A stretch of DNA of 64,000 nt from Candidatus Multivoradales bacterium (lineage in GTDB: Bacteria; Acidobacteriota; Thermoanaerobaculia; Multivoradales; J023). The DNA is taken from NCBI GenBank assembly GCA_965248925.1, contig CBDFLE010000005.1, positions 128,001-192,000 of the forward strand, read 5' to 3'. Positions 47,078 to 56,766 of this stretch are shown here, piece by piece. A program made the translations under genes and the position numbers. Below the pieces are notes generated by a model that did no database searches, was not told where the DNA came from, and saw only the letters and a program-made list of their open reading frames with translations. How positions within the stretch are numbered: the first letter of the stretch is position 1; each line of letters starts with the position of its first letter.

Positions 47078-47874
47078 TGGTGGTGGATTTTCGCGCCTTC
47101 GCCGACCGGCTGAGGTCCCGGCGGGTGGGTCCATCCGCCGCCCTGGTGCTCGCGGAAACCGTCGGCTCAACTCATGTCTTGGGGCAGCGCCTACTCGAAG
47201 CGTACGCCTGCGACAGCTGCGAGACCCCGGCGATCGACCTCATTGCTTGGCAGCAACTGGCCGGTCGTGGGCGCCACCAACGGCGTTGGGCAAGTCCGCC
47301 CGGACAAGGAATCTACGTTTCTCTAGTACGAGATCTACCCAGCGCCAAGTGCTTGCAAGGCTTGCCGCTAGTGGTGGCGGTGGTGCTGTGCCGTCAGCTG
47401 CGACTCTATCTCGGCGCACGCTGCAGATTGAAGTGGCCCAACGATCTCATGGTGCAAGAGCGCAAGCTTGGCGGCATTCTGATCGAGGCCAAGACGGCCA
47501 GCGAGCGGGCTCGGGTGGTGATCAGCTTTGGCATCAACTATGGCCTGCTAAACTCTTTCGCCGAAGTGGGCGCGACGTCTCTTGCACAAGAGTTGGAAAG
47601 CGCTGTGCCGCTGGCCTCGCTGCCGAGTTTGGCAGATCTCGCTGCCGAGTTGCTGACCGCGGTCGAAGGGGCGCTGCGGCGACCGAACGATCAGCTGTTG
47701 CTGGCTCAATACAGCCGTTTCTCGGCGCATCGTCCGGGTGATTCGATGCATTGTCGGATGACCGCCGAAGAAGTGTCTGGCACTTTTGTCGGTTTCGATG
47801 ATCGCGGCTTTCTCCGCTTGCAGGTGGCGGGCAAGGAACGGTCGATAAGCGTTGGCGAGGTGATGGGTGGCTGA
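47077..47874 (+). CDS. birA: Biotin--protein ligase
   Basis: QLAGRGR...W.SP, LKWPNDL, KLGGILIE. Confidence 0.9.
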   Translation: MVVDFRAFADRLRSRRVGPSAALVLAETVGSTHVLGQRLLEAYACDSCETPAIDLIAWQQLAGRGRHQRRWASPPGQGIYVSLVRDLPSAKCLQGLPLVVAVVLCRQLRLYLGARCRLKWPNDLMVQERKLGGILIEAKTASERARVVISFGINYGLLNSFAEVGATSLAQELESAVPLASLPSLADLAAELLTAVEGALRRPNDQLLLAQYSRFSAHRPGDSMHCRMTAEEVSGTFVGFDDRGFLRLQVAGKERSISVGEVMGG

Positions 47875-48673
47875 TTCTAGAAGTGGGCAACTGGTGGTGG
47901 TCGATGCCGGCAACACCAACACCGTCTTCGGCATCTTCCGTGGCGGTGAGTTGGCGACAGACTTTCGCCTATCCACCGATCCCGAGCGCACTGCCGACGA
48001 ATACACCGCTTTGCTCTCGCCACTTTTCTCGGCAGCAGGCTTAGATCCGCGGCAGACGGATGCGCTGCTAGTGTCGTCGGTGGTTCCGCGTCTGCGGCAA
48101 ATCCTGGAGCGTCTCGGCCGGCGATACTTCGCTGCCGACCCTGTCTTCGTCGGGCCGGCCCTCGACACCGGGCTGGAGATCCGCCATCTGGATCCCGCCG
48201 AGGTCGGTGCCGACCGGGTAGTCAATTCGCTGGCGGCGCGAAATCTCTATGGCGCGCCGCTGGTGGTGGTCGATTTCGGCACCGCCACCACCTTTGACGT
48301 CTTGGCGCCTGACGGTGCCTATGTTGGAGGGTTGATCGCGCCGGGGCCGGAGATTTCCGCCGAGGCCCTGTTCTCCCATGCTTCTCGGCTCTACCGAGTA
48401 GATCTGAGAAAGCCCCAACGCCTGATCGGGCGCGACACCGCCGGGGCCATGCGGTCGGGAATCTACTACGGCTATTTGGGACTGGTGGACGGCATCCTCG
48501 AACGCCTGTTGGCCGAGCTGGGCGAACTGCGCACGGTGGTGGCCACCGGCGGACAAGCACGGTGGATCGCTGAAGGTTCTCGCTTCATTCGCCATGTCGA
48601 GCCCTTGCTCACCCTCTATGGACTGCGGCAGATCCACGAGTATCAGCATGAGCAAAGAGCGGCCCGAGACTGA
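47867..48673 (+). CDS. coaX: Type III pantothenate kinase
   Basis: VDAGNTN, VGADRVVN, VDFGTATTFD, GGLIAPG, ATGG, LTLYGL. Confidence 0.94.
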   Translation: MADSRSGQLVVVDAGNTNTVFGIFRGGELATDFRLSTDPERTADEYTALLSPLFSAAGLDPRQTDALLVSSVVPRLRQILERLGRRYFAADPVFVGPALDTGLEIRHLDPAEVGADRVVNSLAARNLYGAPLVVVDFGTATTFDVLAPDGAYVGGLIAPGPEISAEALFSHASRLYRVDLRKPQRLIGRDTAGAMRSGIYYGYLGLVDGILERLLAELGELRTVVATGGQARWIAEGSRFIRHVEPLLTLYGLRQIHEYQHEQRAARD

Positions 48674-49331
48674 GTCCGGGCAACCGCCGGCAAATCCGGT
48701 CGCGGGCGCAGACCACAGCTATTTCCAAGCGATCGAAAGCACCTTTATCGAACTGCGAGGAGCGCCCTTGCTGTTGTCGCCAGCAGATTGGCAAGTTGCT
48801 CAAAGCTGGCATCAGCAGGGTATTTCCCTGCGCTTGGTCGAGAGTACCTTGCGCGAGATCTTCGAGCATCGCCAGGCGGTGCCGCAGGACAAAGTGCTGA
48901 CCCTGCGCTTCTGCCGCTCAGCGGTGGAGAAGGCCTTCAAGCGAGAGCAGGAACTGAGCCTGGGCGCCGATCGCCAAACCACTGTTCCAGGTCTCGATCT
49001 AGCGCAGATCCTGGGCCGGCTGGCCGATTCTCTTCCCGACCAGATGGCTGACCTCAGCTGGCGTTTGCGGCAGCTCGAAGGCGATGCCGAGCATCTCGAG
49101 AAACAACTCGGTGACCTGGATCACGAACTGATGGAGCGAGCTTCGAGCCTGCTAGACGAAGACAGTCGCCAGCAGCTCGACGCTGCCTTGGCCGAATCCC
49201 TCGCCTCCCTCGGCCGCCGCCTATCCCGAGCCGAGCTCGAACAAGCCGCGCCACGGTTGCGCAACAGTTTGCTACGGCGCCAGCTAGAGCTACCCATCCT
49301 GTCGTTGTTTTCATTGCCAGACAGTGAGTAG
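48648..49331 (+). CDS. Hypothetical protein
   Basis: YFQAIESTFIELRGAPLLLSPADW; overlaps coaX end, in operon. Confidence 0.7.
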   Translation: MSKERPETESGQPPANPVAGADHSYFQAIESTFIELRGAPLLLSPADWQVAQSWHQQGISLRLVESTLREIFEHRQAVPQDKVLTLRFCRSAVEKAFKREQELSLGADRQTTVPGLDLAQILGRLADSLPDQMADLSWRLRQLEGDAEHLEKQLGDLDHELMERASSLLDEDSRQQLDAALAESLASLGRRLSRAELEQAAPRLRNSLLRRQLELPILSLFSLPDSE

Positions 49332-49891
49332 TAGTGAACGCTACCCACACAAAGTGTTGTAGCGCCAGAATAGATGCTTGGAAGGATCCACGATTTGCAC
49401 ACCTTACGGCGGCAGCTTCAACTACTCCCGCGGCATCTCCCTCGACCGTCTCCCAACATACTGGCCTGGTGCCGTTCTGGTGCCACCCTAGTCGTGCCCT
49501 CTTGTTTTCTGTAGCTTACGTCACGTTGGTGTTCGCTCGTGCAGCCTGCCTGTTGCCAAGGCAACTGCATCGATCGTCTCTTTCACGGCGGCAAGCCACG
49601 CCGGTTAATAGCGGCGGCTAGGTACCGCACTTCTGTTCTCGCCCTGGCCGATTGCGACATCTCTGCGGAAATCGCTCTGGCGGCGGCTAGCCGCCACGGA
49701 CTTGGATGGCCTCGGTGATCTCGATGCTTGATTCCAGGCATCGCCCAGCAGAGGTCAGATTTACTACTCGGCTCGTGAGGCTCGCTCTCACCAGCGGCGC
49801 CAGCAGCTGACCTTCGGTCTCGCGTGCGAGCCTGGCGAGAAAGTCTTTTTTCCTTGCAAGATAGCCCGGTGGCTTCGCGTCTCTGGGGGGT

Positions 49892-52165
49892 ATGGAATCT
49901 AAGACTCGTATTTTGGGATCGGCGCCAGCGCTGCCGTGGGCGATTGCGTTTCTTGTCGGCGTGGTGCTGGTACCTGCTCTGGGAGACGCGCCGCTCGGCC
50001 TGGCGATGGCTTTAATTGGCCTGGGAGTGGCCTCGGGCCGCACCTTGGGCCGTGGACTGGCGGTACTGGCCTTGGGCTTGGTACTCGGTAGTTTGGACGC
50101 GAGCGAGCAACGCCTCGGTTGGCGGGGCTTTGTGCCAGCTCGGCCAGTGGAGCTGTTGGTGCGAACGGTCAGCCATGTCCAATTGGGCAAGGAAGGGGAG
50201 CGGCGTCTGTGGGTGGAGATCGAGCGTTGGCGGCAGGGTCGCCGAGCTGGTGGGGGAGGGCGTTCAGCTCATTTGACCCTGCCGGCCGCGGTGCAGCCGC
50301 CTTCGCGCGGTGCGTTGCTCAGGGTCCGAGGCTATCTACGTCAGTCACGGGGCTTTTGGAATGGAGTAACGACCGCCGCCTCGAGCTGGCGGATGTGGGT
50401 CGCAAGCCCGCGGCTCTACGCTCTGGAGCAGCCCCCATCCTGGCGGGCGCGGCCAGCTGCCGCTCTCCGTCGCTGGGCGGATAGCGCCTGGCAGGATGCG
50501 GCGGGCCCCGGAGTGGAACTGGCTCGGACCCTATTGCTGGGAGATCGGTCTGCTCTGGATGAGGACTGGCAGCGGGCTTTGCGGCGCGCCGGGTTGCAGC
50601 ATTTGCTGGCGGTTTCTGGTTTACATGTCGGCATAGTGGCCTGGATGCTGCTGAGCGTCGCCGGGCGCTGGTGGCGGCTGCCGCGATATCTACTGGCGGC
50701 TTTGGGTGTGGTTGCCTATCTGGCCTTGGTCGGGCCGCGGCCCTCGGTGTTGCGGGCGGTGTTGATGGGGTTGTGGGCTCTACTGGCTAGGGTAGCAATG
50801 CGGCCACCGGCGGCGCGTAACTCGTTGGCGTTGGCAGCGGCGGTGTTGGTGGCGGTGCAGCCGACGCTGATCAACGATCTGGGCTTTCGCCTCAGTTTCC
50901 TGGCAACTCTTGGCATTCTGTTTCTTGGGCCGCGCCTGGCGAAGCGCTGGGTTTTACTTCCTGGCCCGCTGGCCGAGGGACTGGCTGCCAGCACTGCCGC
51001 TCAGTTAACTACTTGGTGGTTGACCGTTCCCTTGGCTGGTGGCATTGCCGGTGCCGCCTGGTTGCTCAATCTGCTGGCCGTGCCCTGGCTGGCGGTGTTC
51101 CTGGGGCTGGCGGTGGTTTGGCTGCTGCTTGCCGCCTGCGGGTTACCTGGGGCCGAGACGCTGGCGGCTGGGCTCGACATGCTCAGTGTTCCCCTAGATT
51201 GGTTGGCGGCGCTACCGGCGGCCTCCTCGCTGCGTTGGAACCTGCCGCCGGTACCCTGGTTGGGAGCCTTCCTCGGGCTGTTCCTGGCCGTGTTTCTTCT
51301 TTCGCCAGCAATGCTCCGGCGTGGCTTGGGGCTAGGCGCTCTGCTGTTGTTGACTGTACCGCCAGTGCAGCGGCCGATAGTGCCGACGGTGACAATGCTC
51401 GATGTTGGCCAGGGGGATGCCCTGCTGCTGCGCGATGGCCAGCGGGTAATACTGGTGGATGGGGGAGGGTGGCGGCGGGGTGATATCGCCGCTCGAGTCT
51501 TGTTGCCGGCGTTGGCGGCGGCTGGAGTAAGCCGCCTCGATGCGGTGGTTCTCACCCACCCCGATAGTGACCACTGCCACGGTCTCAGAGATCTGATCCA
51601 CTATTTGGTGGTCAAAGAGGTGTGGATGTCGCCCGGCTGGCTGCGTTCGCCTTGTGCCGCGGGTTTGGCCAGCGTGGGGAGGAGCCGCTGGCGCCCCTTA
51701 TGGCGCGGTGACCGGCTGCGAGTCGGGCGTTGGCGGCTGCGGGTGCTGCATCCACCGCCGGGCCAGCGAGGTGGCAAAGCCAACGATCGTTCGCTGGTGC
51801 TGCTGGCCGAGGTCCATGGTCGGCGTCTGCTGCTGACCGGGGATATCGAAGCCGCTACCGAGGCGCGCTTGCTACGGCAGTCGCGAGAGGAGCTCCGGGC
51901 GGATTTGCTGAAGGTGGCGCATCATGGTAGCAAGAGCTCGACCTCGGCCTCCTTTCTCAAAGCTGTATCGCCCCGCTTGGCGCTGATTTCGGCAGGTCGT
52001 GGCAACCGCTTCGGACACCCATCGTCGACCGTGCTGAAGCGACTTGCCGGGCGCGGCATACGGCACTGGTCTACTTCCTCGTCGGGGGCGCTGACGGTGC
52101 ATTTTCGGGCCGACGGCAGTCTACGCTTAGGACAGCCCGGCGTCGGCGGGAAGGAGCCTCGATGA
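49892..52165 (+). CDS. comEC: DNA internalization competence protein ComEC/Rec2
   Basis: HLLAVSGLHV, GFRLSF, LDVGQGD, THPDSDH, TGDIE, KVAHHGS. Confidence 0.93.
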   Translation: MESKTRILGSAPALPWAIAFLVGVVLVPALGDAPLGLAMALIGLGVASGRTLGRGLAVLALGLVLGSLDASEQRLGWRGFVPARPVELLVRTVSHVQLGKEGERRLWVEIERWRQGRRAGGGGRSAHLTLPAAVQPPSRGALLRVRGYLRQSRGFWNGVTTAASSWRMWVASPRLYALEQPPSWRARPAAALRRWADSAWQDAAGPGVELARTLLLGDRSALDEDWQRALRRAGLQHLLAVSGLHVGIVAWMLLSVAGRWWRLPRYLLAALGVVAYLALVGPRPSVLRAVLMGLWALLARVAMRPPAARNSLALAAAVLVAVQPTLINDLGFRLSFLATLGILFLGPRLAKRWVLLPGPLAEGLAASTAAQLTTWWLTVPLAGGIAGAAWLLNLLAVPWLAVFLGLAVVWLLLAACGLPGAETLAAGLDMLSVPLDWLAALPAASSLRWNLPPVPWLGAFLGLFLAVFLLSPAMLRRGLGLGALLLLTVPPVQRPIVPTVTMLDVGQGDALLLRDGQRVILVDGGGWRRGDIAARVLLPALAAAGVSRLDAVVLTHPDSDHCHGLRDLIHYLVVKEVWMSPGWLRSPCAAGLASVGRSRWRPLWRGDRLRVGRWRLRVLHPPPGQRGGKANDRSLVLLAEVHGRRLLLTGDIEAATEARLLRQSREELRADLLKVAHHGSKSSTSASFLKAVSPRLALISAGRGNRFGHPSSTVLKRLAGRGIRHWSTSSSGALTVHFRADGSLRLGQPGVGGKEPR

Positions 52166-52204
52166 TCGGCGGTCGGCCAGACCGTGGTCGGCTAGAATCG
52201 GCGG

Positions 52205-53164
52205 ATGGAAGAGCTTTGTGTGGGAAGGTTGGGTGATTGCGAAGCTCTGGTGGTGGTCGGCCCGACGGCTAGCGGCAAGAGCCGGCTGGCGGTGGAACTC
52301 TGCCAGCTGGTGGATGGCGAGATCATCAACGCGGATGCTCTGCAGGTCTACCGGGGCCTCGATATCGGCACTGCCAAGCCGCCAGCTGAGATGCAGGCGG
52401 TAGTGCCTCATCACTTGATCGATATCCTAGAACCAACCGAGGTCTATTCAGCGGGTGAGTTTGCCCGCCGCGCCCATCTGGCGATTGCCGATATCCATCG
52501 CCGTGGCCGGTTACCGGTGGTGGTCGGCGGCAGTGGCTTCTATGTCCGCGCTCTACTGCAGGGACTGAGCCCTATTCCACCCATCGATCCGCGCTGTCGC
52601 CTGGAGCTTTTCGAAGTCCTCTCCCGCGACGGTTTGGGGGTTCTGTGGAAAGAGCTGCAGGAGGTCGATCCTGAGACCGCCGGACGCTTGCATCAGGGAG
52701 ATCGGCAACGCATCTTGCGAGCCCTGGAAGTGGCACGATCTAGCGGTCGTCCGCTGTCGGATTGGATTCGTGGCAAACCGACCCAACGGCCTCTGCGAGC
52801 GGTGACAATCGGATTGACGCTGCCGAGGACCATCCTGTACGATCGCATCTCCGGACGCATACGGGAAATGGTCGCGCAAGGCTGGGTTGACGAGGTCTCC
52901 GGGCTGCTCGCCAGAGGGATTGAACCGGCCGCGGCGGCGTTTCAAGCGATCGGATACAGACAGATGGTCCGCCATGTAGCTGGCGAGTGGAGTTTGGAAC
53001 AAACCATTGCCGATATCTCCACAGCTACTCGGCGTTATGCCAAGAGACAGCTTACGTGGTTTAGAAAAGAGGCCGGCATCCGTTGGCTGCCAGCTTCGAT
53101 ACAGGTGGATCTATCCTTGTTGCACCAGCTCAGGAGTGGTGGAGGAAGAAGGCTGAATGAGTAG
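52205..53164 (+). CDS. miaA: tRNA dimethylallyltransferase
   Basis: GPTASGKS, DALQVYRGLDIGTAKP, QAIGY, TRRYAKRQLTWF. Confidence 0.96.
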   Translation: MEELCVGRLGDCEALVVVGPTASGKSRLAVELCQLVDGEIINADALQVYRGLDIGTAKPPAEMQAVVPHHLIDILEPTEVYSAGEFARRAHLAIADIHRRGRLPVVVGGSGFYVRALLQGLSPIPPIDPRCRLELFEVLSRDGLGVLWKELQEVDPETAGRLHQGDRQRILRALEVARSSGRPLSDWIRGKPTQRPLRAVTIGLTLPRTILYDRISGRIREMVAQGWVDEVSGLLARGIEPAAAAFQAIGYRQMVRHVAGEWSLEQTIADISTATRRYAKRQLTWFRKEAGIRWLPASIQVDLSLLHQLRSGGGRRLNE

Positions 53165-53369
53165 ACACAACATCAACATCCAGGATGGATTTCTTTTCCA
53201 GAGCCTTAAAGAAGCGCGGCAGATGTCGTTCGAGCTTGTCACCGGCAAGCAGATCGATGGTCGGCTCAAGCGTTTCGATCGGTTCGCGGTCGTGGTCGAT
53301 ACCGGCGAGGCTGAGATCCTGCTCTACAAGCACGCGATTGCAACCATCATGGAGGCCAGCCGCGGCTGA
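53157..53369 (+). CDS. hfq: RNA chaperone Hfq
   Basis: NIQDGFL, FDRF, LLYKHAIATI; follows miaA. Confidence 0.9.
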   Translation: MSRHNINIQDGFLFQSLKEARQMSFELVTGKQIDGRLKRFDRFAVVVDTGEAEILLYKHAIATIMEASRG

Positions 53370-53451
53370 TATTCGCCCGCGGGCCAAGACTGGACTCAGA
53401 CAACCAGAGGGTGCCGAGAGCAGTGACTCGGTACCGTGCCCACTCGGCGCC

Positions 53452-54870
53452 GTGGTTAACAGAACGGCATTTCTTAGAAAGGCTTGGCGATGGCGATTGT
53501 TGCCGCGCCAGGTTGTTCTGTGTTTGCCGGTTTTTGGGCTGCTGACGCTGAGTGCTTGCAGCTCAGCGCCAACGGTGCCAGGCCCAGCAACGACACCCGA
53601 TCTGGAGGAACCGAGGGGCGGCGAGTGGATCTCGCCCCTCGATGGCTATCCCTGGACCTTGCCCGCGGGGATTGAGCAACGCTTGAGCGAGGCCTTTGGT
53701 GTCTTGCGGACGATGGACGATCCGGCCCCTGCGGCGGCTGTCGCCGAGACCCTGTTGGCCGCTGATCCCAGTTTGCACCCGGCAGCCGTGCTATTGGCGC
53801 AGATCGAGCTCAATAACGGTTCCGCCGCGGCTGCTCGACAGCGGCTGGAGCCAATTGCGACTGAGCTGCCCACCTATCGTGCTTGCCAGCTCTTGCTAGC
53901 TGTTGCTGCTGAACAGCTCGGCGACATAGCAACGGCGTATCTTTCCCTGCGGCGGATCGCCGCTGGCGATGCCGAGATCGCTGGTCGAGCCGAGACTCTC
54001 AAAGTGGCTGCCGTGCAGCAGGTTGGGGAGCGTCTGAGTGAGGATCTGGGGCGCGGTCACTTGGAAGAGGCGGAAGCCAGGTTGAGCCTTCTCGAAAGCT
54101 GGGAGCCGACGGCAGATATCACTGTTGCAGCCGCTTGGCGGGTGGCCGCAGCTGCCAGCGACAGCCAGCGTGAGTTGCTCGCCGCGCGTGAACTCTGGTT
54201 TCTTCAGACCTCGGCTGGCGTCCGGGCTTTTGCCCCGTGGATATCGACTCCTGAATTGCTCGCTCGGTTGGCTGATCTCGAGGTTGAAGTAGGTGACCTG
54301 CGAACCGGCATGAACCACCTCTCGGCCTTGGTTGCGGAGGCGCCTGAGGATAGCGGTCTGCGGGATCGGGCTGAGCATGCCAAATTTCTCTGGCGCTTGC
54401 GTTCGTTGCCGCAAGCGGTGCAGGCATTGGCGGGTAGTAGCGAACTCAGCCGGGCCGATTTCGCTACCTTGGTCTATTGGCTAGTGCCCCGGGTCCGCTA
54501 TGCCGTCCTCAACCAGCCGCCGATTGCCTCGGACATTCTCGACCACCCGCGTCGGGATGAGATCGTCAGAGTGTTGAATCTTGATCTATTACGGATCGAC
54601 GAAACGCTGCACCGCTTCAGCCCGCAGCGCCGCTTGACCCGCTCGGCGGCGTTGAACGCCCTGATAGTGCTGCTCAGCCATGGCGGTAGCGAAGCTGCCT
54701 GTCTGGCGGACGCCGGATCAGGTTGGCGCTCCGCCTATGCCATCTGCGAGATCGCGGCCCGCTGTCGGTTGATCGCCGAAGCGGCCGCCTGCTTGCCCCA
54801 AGCCGGAGTCGCGGGGGCCGAGCTGATGGATCTGCTGCGCCGGGCCCTCGATCTCGAGGCTAGCCGATGA
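53452..54870 (+). CDS. Helical-repeat (TPR-like) lipoprotein with SLH-like C-terminus (start uncertain)
   Basis: Lipobox LTLSAC; LSRADFA, SDILDHP, FSPQRRLTR. Confidence 0.55.
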   Translation: MVNRTAFLRKAWRWRLLPRQVVLCLPVFGLLTLSACSSAPTVPGPATTPDLEEPRGGEWISPLDGYPWTLPAGIEQRLSEAFGVLRTMDDPAPAAAVAETLLAADPSLHPAAVLLAQIELNNGSAAAARQRLEPIATELPTYRACQLLLAVAAEQLGDIATAYLSLRRIAAGDAEIAGRAETLKVAAVQQVGERLSEDLGRGHLEEAEARLSLLESWEPTADITVAAAWRVAAAASDSQRELLAARELWFLQTSAGVRAFAPWISTPELLARLADLEVEVGDLRTGMNHLSALVAEAPEDSGLRDRAEHAKFLWRLRSLPQAVQALAGSSELSRADFATLVYWLVPRVRYAVLNQPPIASDILDHPRRDEIVRVLNLDLLRIDETLHRFSPQRRLTRSAALNALIVLLSHGGSEAACLADAGSGWRSAYAICEIAARCRLIAEAAACLPQAGVAGAELMDLLRRALDLEASR

Positions 54871-54883
54871 GTCGGGTGCCGGC

Positions 54884-55510
54884 ATGAGTCTCACGGTGCC
54901 GAATCTGCTGTCTGTGTTACGGTTGGCGCTGATTCCGGTGTTTATTATCTCGCTCATCGATGGCCATGCGGGCACTGCGCTGGCGGTGTTTGGGGTGGCC
55001 GGCATCACTGATTTGTTGGACGGCTTCATCGCCAGGGTTTACAATCAGCAATCGACCTTGGGCGCCTATCTCGATCCGATGGCCGACAAGCTGCTGCTGA
55101 CCGCCGCCTACATCTTGTTGGCTCTCGAGCCGACTACCGGGGCGGCGGTGATGACCATTCCCTGGCAGGTTTCGGTCCTTGTGATCACCCGCGATGTGGT
55201 GATTGTACTGATGGCTTTGGTGCTCTATCTGGCGTTGGGAATTTCGAAGTTTCCGCCGAGCAGGGTTTCGAAATGGAATACGGCGTTTCAGATCATCGCT
55301 GTTTACATGGTGCTCTTGACACGCATTTGGGCGATGCTGGAAGGGATCGCCTTGGGGACCATCGCGGTGATGGTGGCGCTGACTTTCTTCTCTGGTCTCG
55401 AGTACGCCTATCGCTTTATCTACAAGGCAAATGAGCTCGATGCCAAGGGCGAGGGTAAAGCCGGCGGCGGCCCGGCGACGGAGACCGGGGCGGGAGAGGA
55501 TGGTCGATGA
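54884..55510 (+). CDS. CDP-alcohol phosphatidyltransferase (PgsA/cardiolipin synthase-like)
   Basis: PNLLSVLR, TDLLDGFIAR...LGAYLDPMADK. Confidence 0.92.
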   Translation: MSLTVPNLLSVLRLALIPVFIISLIDGHAGTALAVFGVAGITDLLDGFIARVYNQQSTLGAYLDPMADKLLLTAAYILLALEPTTGAAVMTIPWQVSVLVITRDVVIVLMALVLYLALGISKFPPSRVSKWNTAFQIIAVYMVLLTRIWAMLEGIALGTIAVMVALTFFSGLEYAYRFIYKANELDAKGEGKAGGGPATETGAGEDGR

Positions 55511-56202
55511 GTCCCTCCGGGTTGGGGGTAGGCGGCAGACGCTGGCCGCGATGGACATTCCTGCCCGTGTTGCTGGTGCTGGCGATCGGCGTCTTGGAGC
55601 CGAGTTCCCAAGAGCGCGATGACCGCAGCCGGGAGTTGTTCTTTTATCGCTGTGTCAACGACCTTGGCCGGCGCGAAATAACCTTTTTTGCCAATGGTAC
55701 GATCCGCTTGCGTGAGGGGCTTTATGAGAGTGAAGTCATGTACTTGGCTGAGCTTGGCCGCGACGAGCTAGCCGCTGCCGTTGTCCGCTTGCGGCCCGCG
55801 GAGAGCAGGCGACTGCCGACGGTGGAGTTTCGTTCAGGGCCAGTCGCTGGGCGTTTTGTCGAGAGCTGTGAATTGCGCCTTGAGCTTCCGCAGGAGCCTC
55901 CCGAAAACTACAGCTTCACCCGTTGGGATGTGCCGCCACTGCGGGTTGCGAGGTTGATTCAACAGGCTGAAGAGTTGGCCGCGTTGACCCGACCGCCGCT
56001 GCCCCCTGACCGCCTGCCAGCGGACTATGAGCCGCGTCGCGGCGATGTCTTGCTCAATGCTCAGCACGAGCGTTACGAAGTTCGGGGATTGACCTCCGAC
56101 GGCAAGGCGGTCGAGTTGGTGGGGCTCGACTCGCCGTTGCGCATCTACATTGAGCTTGAGGATCTGGGCAAGAATTTCGTCAGCCTCGAGGAGGATCGTT
56201 GA
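55507..56202 (+). CDS. Hypothetical exported protein
   Basis: ATGA overlap with upstream gene; N-terminal hydrophobic segment. Confidence 0.65.
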   Translation: MSPSGLGVGGRRWPRWTFLPVLLVLAIGVLEPSSQERDDRSRELFFYRCVNDLGRREITFFANGTIRLREGLYESEVMYLAELGRDELAAAVVRLRPAESRRLPTVEFRSGPVAGRFVESCELRLELPQEPPENYSFTRWDVPPLRVARLIQQAEELAALTRPPLPPDRLPADYEPRRGDVLLNAQHERYEVRGLTSDGKAVELVGLDSPLRIYIELEDLGKNFVSLEEDR

Positions 56203-56766
56203 GTGGCTGGGGGAGTGCGCATTCTGGGTGGTGAGCTGCGCGGTCGGCGGTTGAGTGTGCCGTCGGGGGTGCGGCCTAGCGAAGGGCGTTTACGCGAGGC
56301 GCTGTTCTCGATTTGGGGCTCCTCATTGCCCGACTGCCGGTGGCTCGACCTTTTCGCCGGTAGCGGCGCGGTGGGGCTCGAAGCGGTGAGCAGGGGAGCT
56401 CGGTGGGCGTCCTTGGTCGAGGGCTCGGCGAAGGTGGCGGGCGAGTTGGTGGAGCGTTGCCGGCGGCTAGCGCCGGACCGGACCGAAGTCGTGTACCGCC
56501 GGTTGCCGAAGGGGCTAAAACGCCCTTTGGCTGACCCTTTCGATCTCGCCTTTGCCGATCCGCCTTACGATTTTTCGGCCTACGACGAGCTGCTGGCTGG
56601 TCTCGACGGTTGGCTGGCAGCTGCTGGTGAGATCGCCGTGGAGCACTCGCGACGGCAACAGCCGATCGCCCAGCACCGCGCCTGGCAGCTATATGACAAA
56701 CGAACCTATGGCGACAGCGAACTCAGCTTCTTTCGCCGTGTAACGAGTGCCGAGGTTATTTGCTGA
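56203..56766 (+). CDS. rsmD: 16S rRNA m2G966 methyltransferase
   Basis: RILGGELRGRRL, LREALFS, LDLFAGSGAVGLEA, FADPPY. Confidence 0.9.
   Translation: MAGGVRILGGELRGRRLSVPSGVRPSEGRLREALFSIWGSSLPDCRWLDLFAGSGAVGLEAVSRGARWASLVEGSAKVAGELVERCRRLAPDRTEVVYRRLPKGLKRPLADPFDLAFADPPYDFSAYDELLAGLDGWLAAAGEIAVEHSRRQQPIAQHRAWQLYDKRTYGDSELSFFRRVTSAEVIC

Noticed and set aside
49332-49891. tRNA, tmRNA, RNase P or SRP RNA in the largest gap
   Set aside because: None of the hallmark sequences were found by eye on either strand
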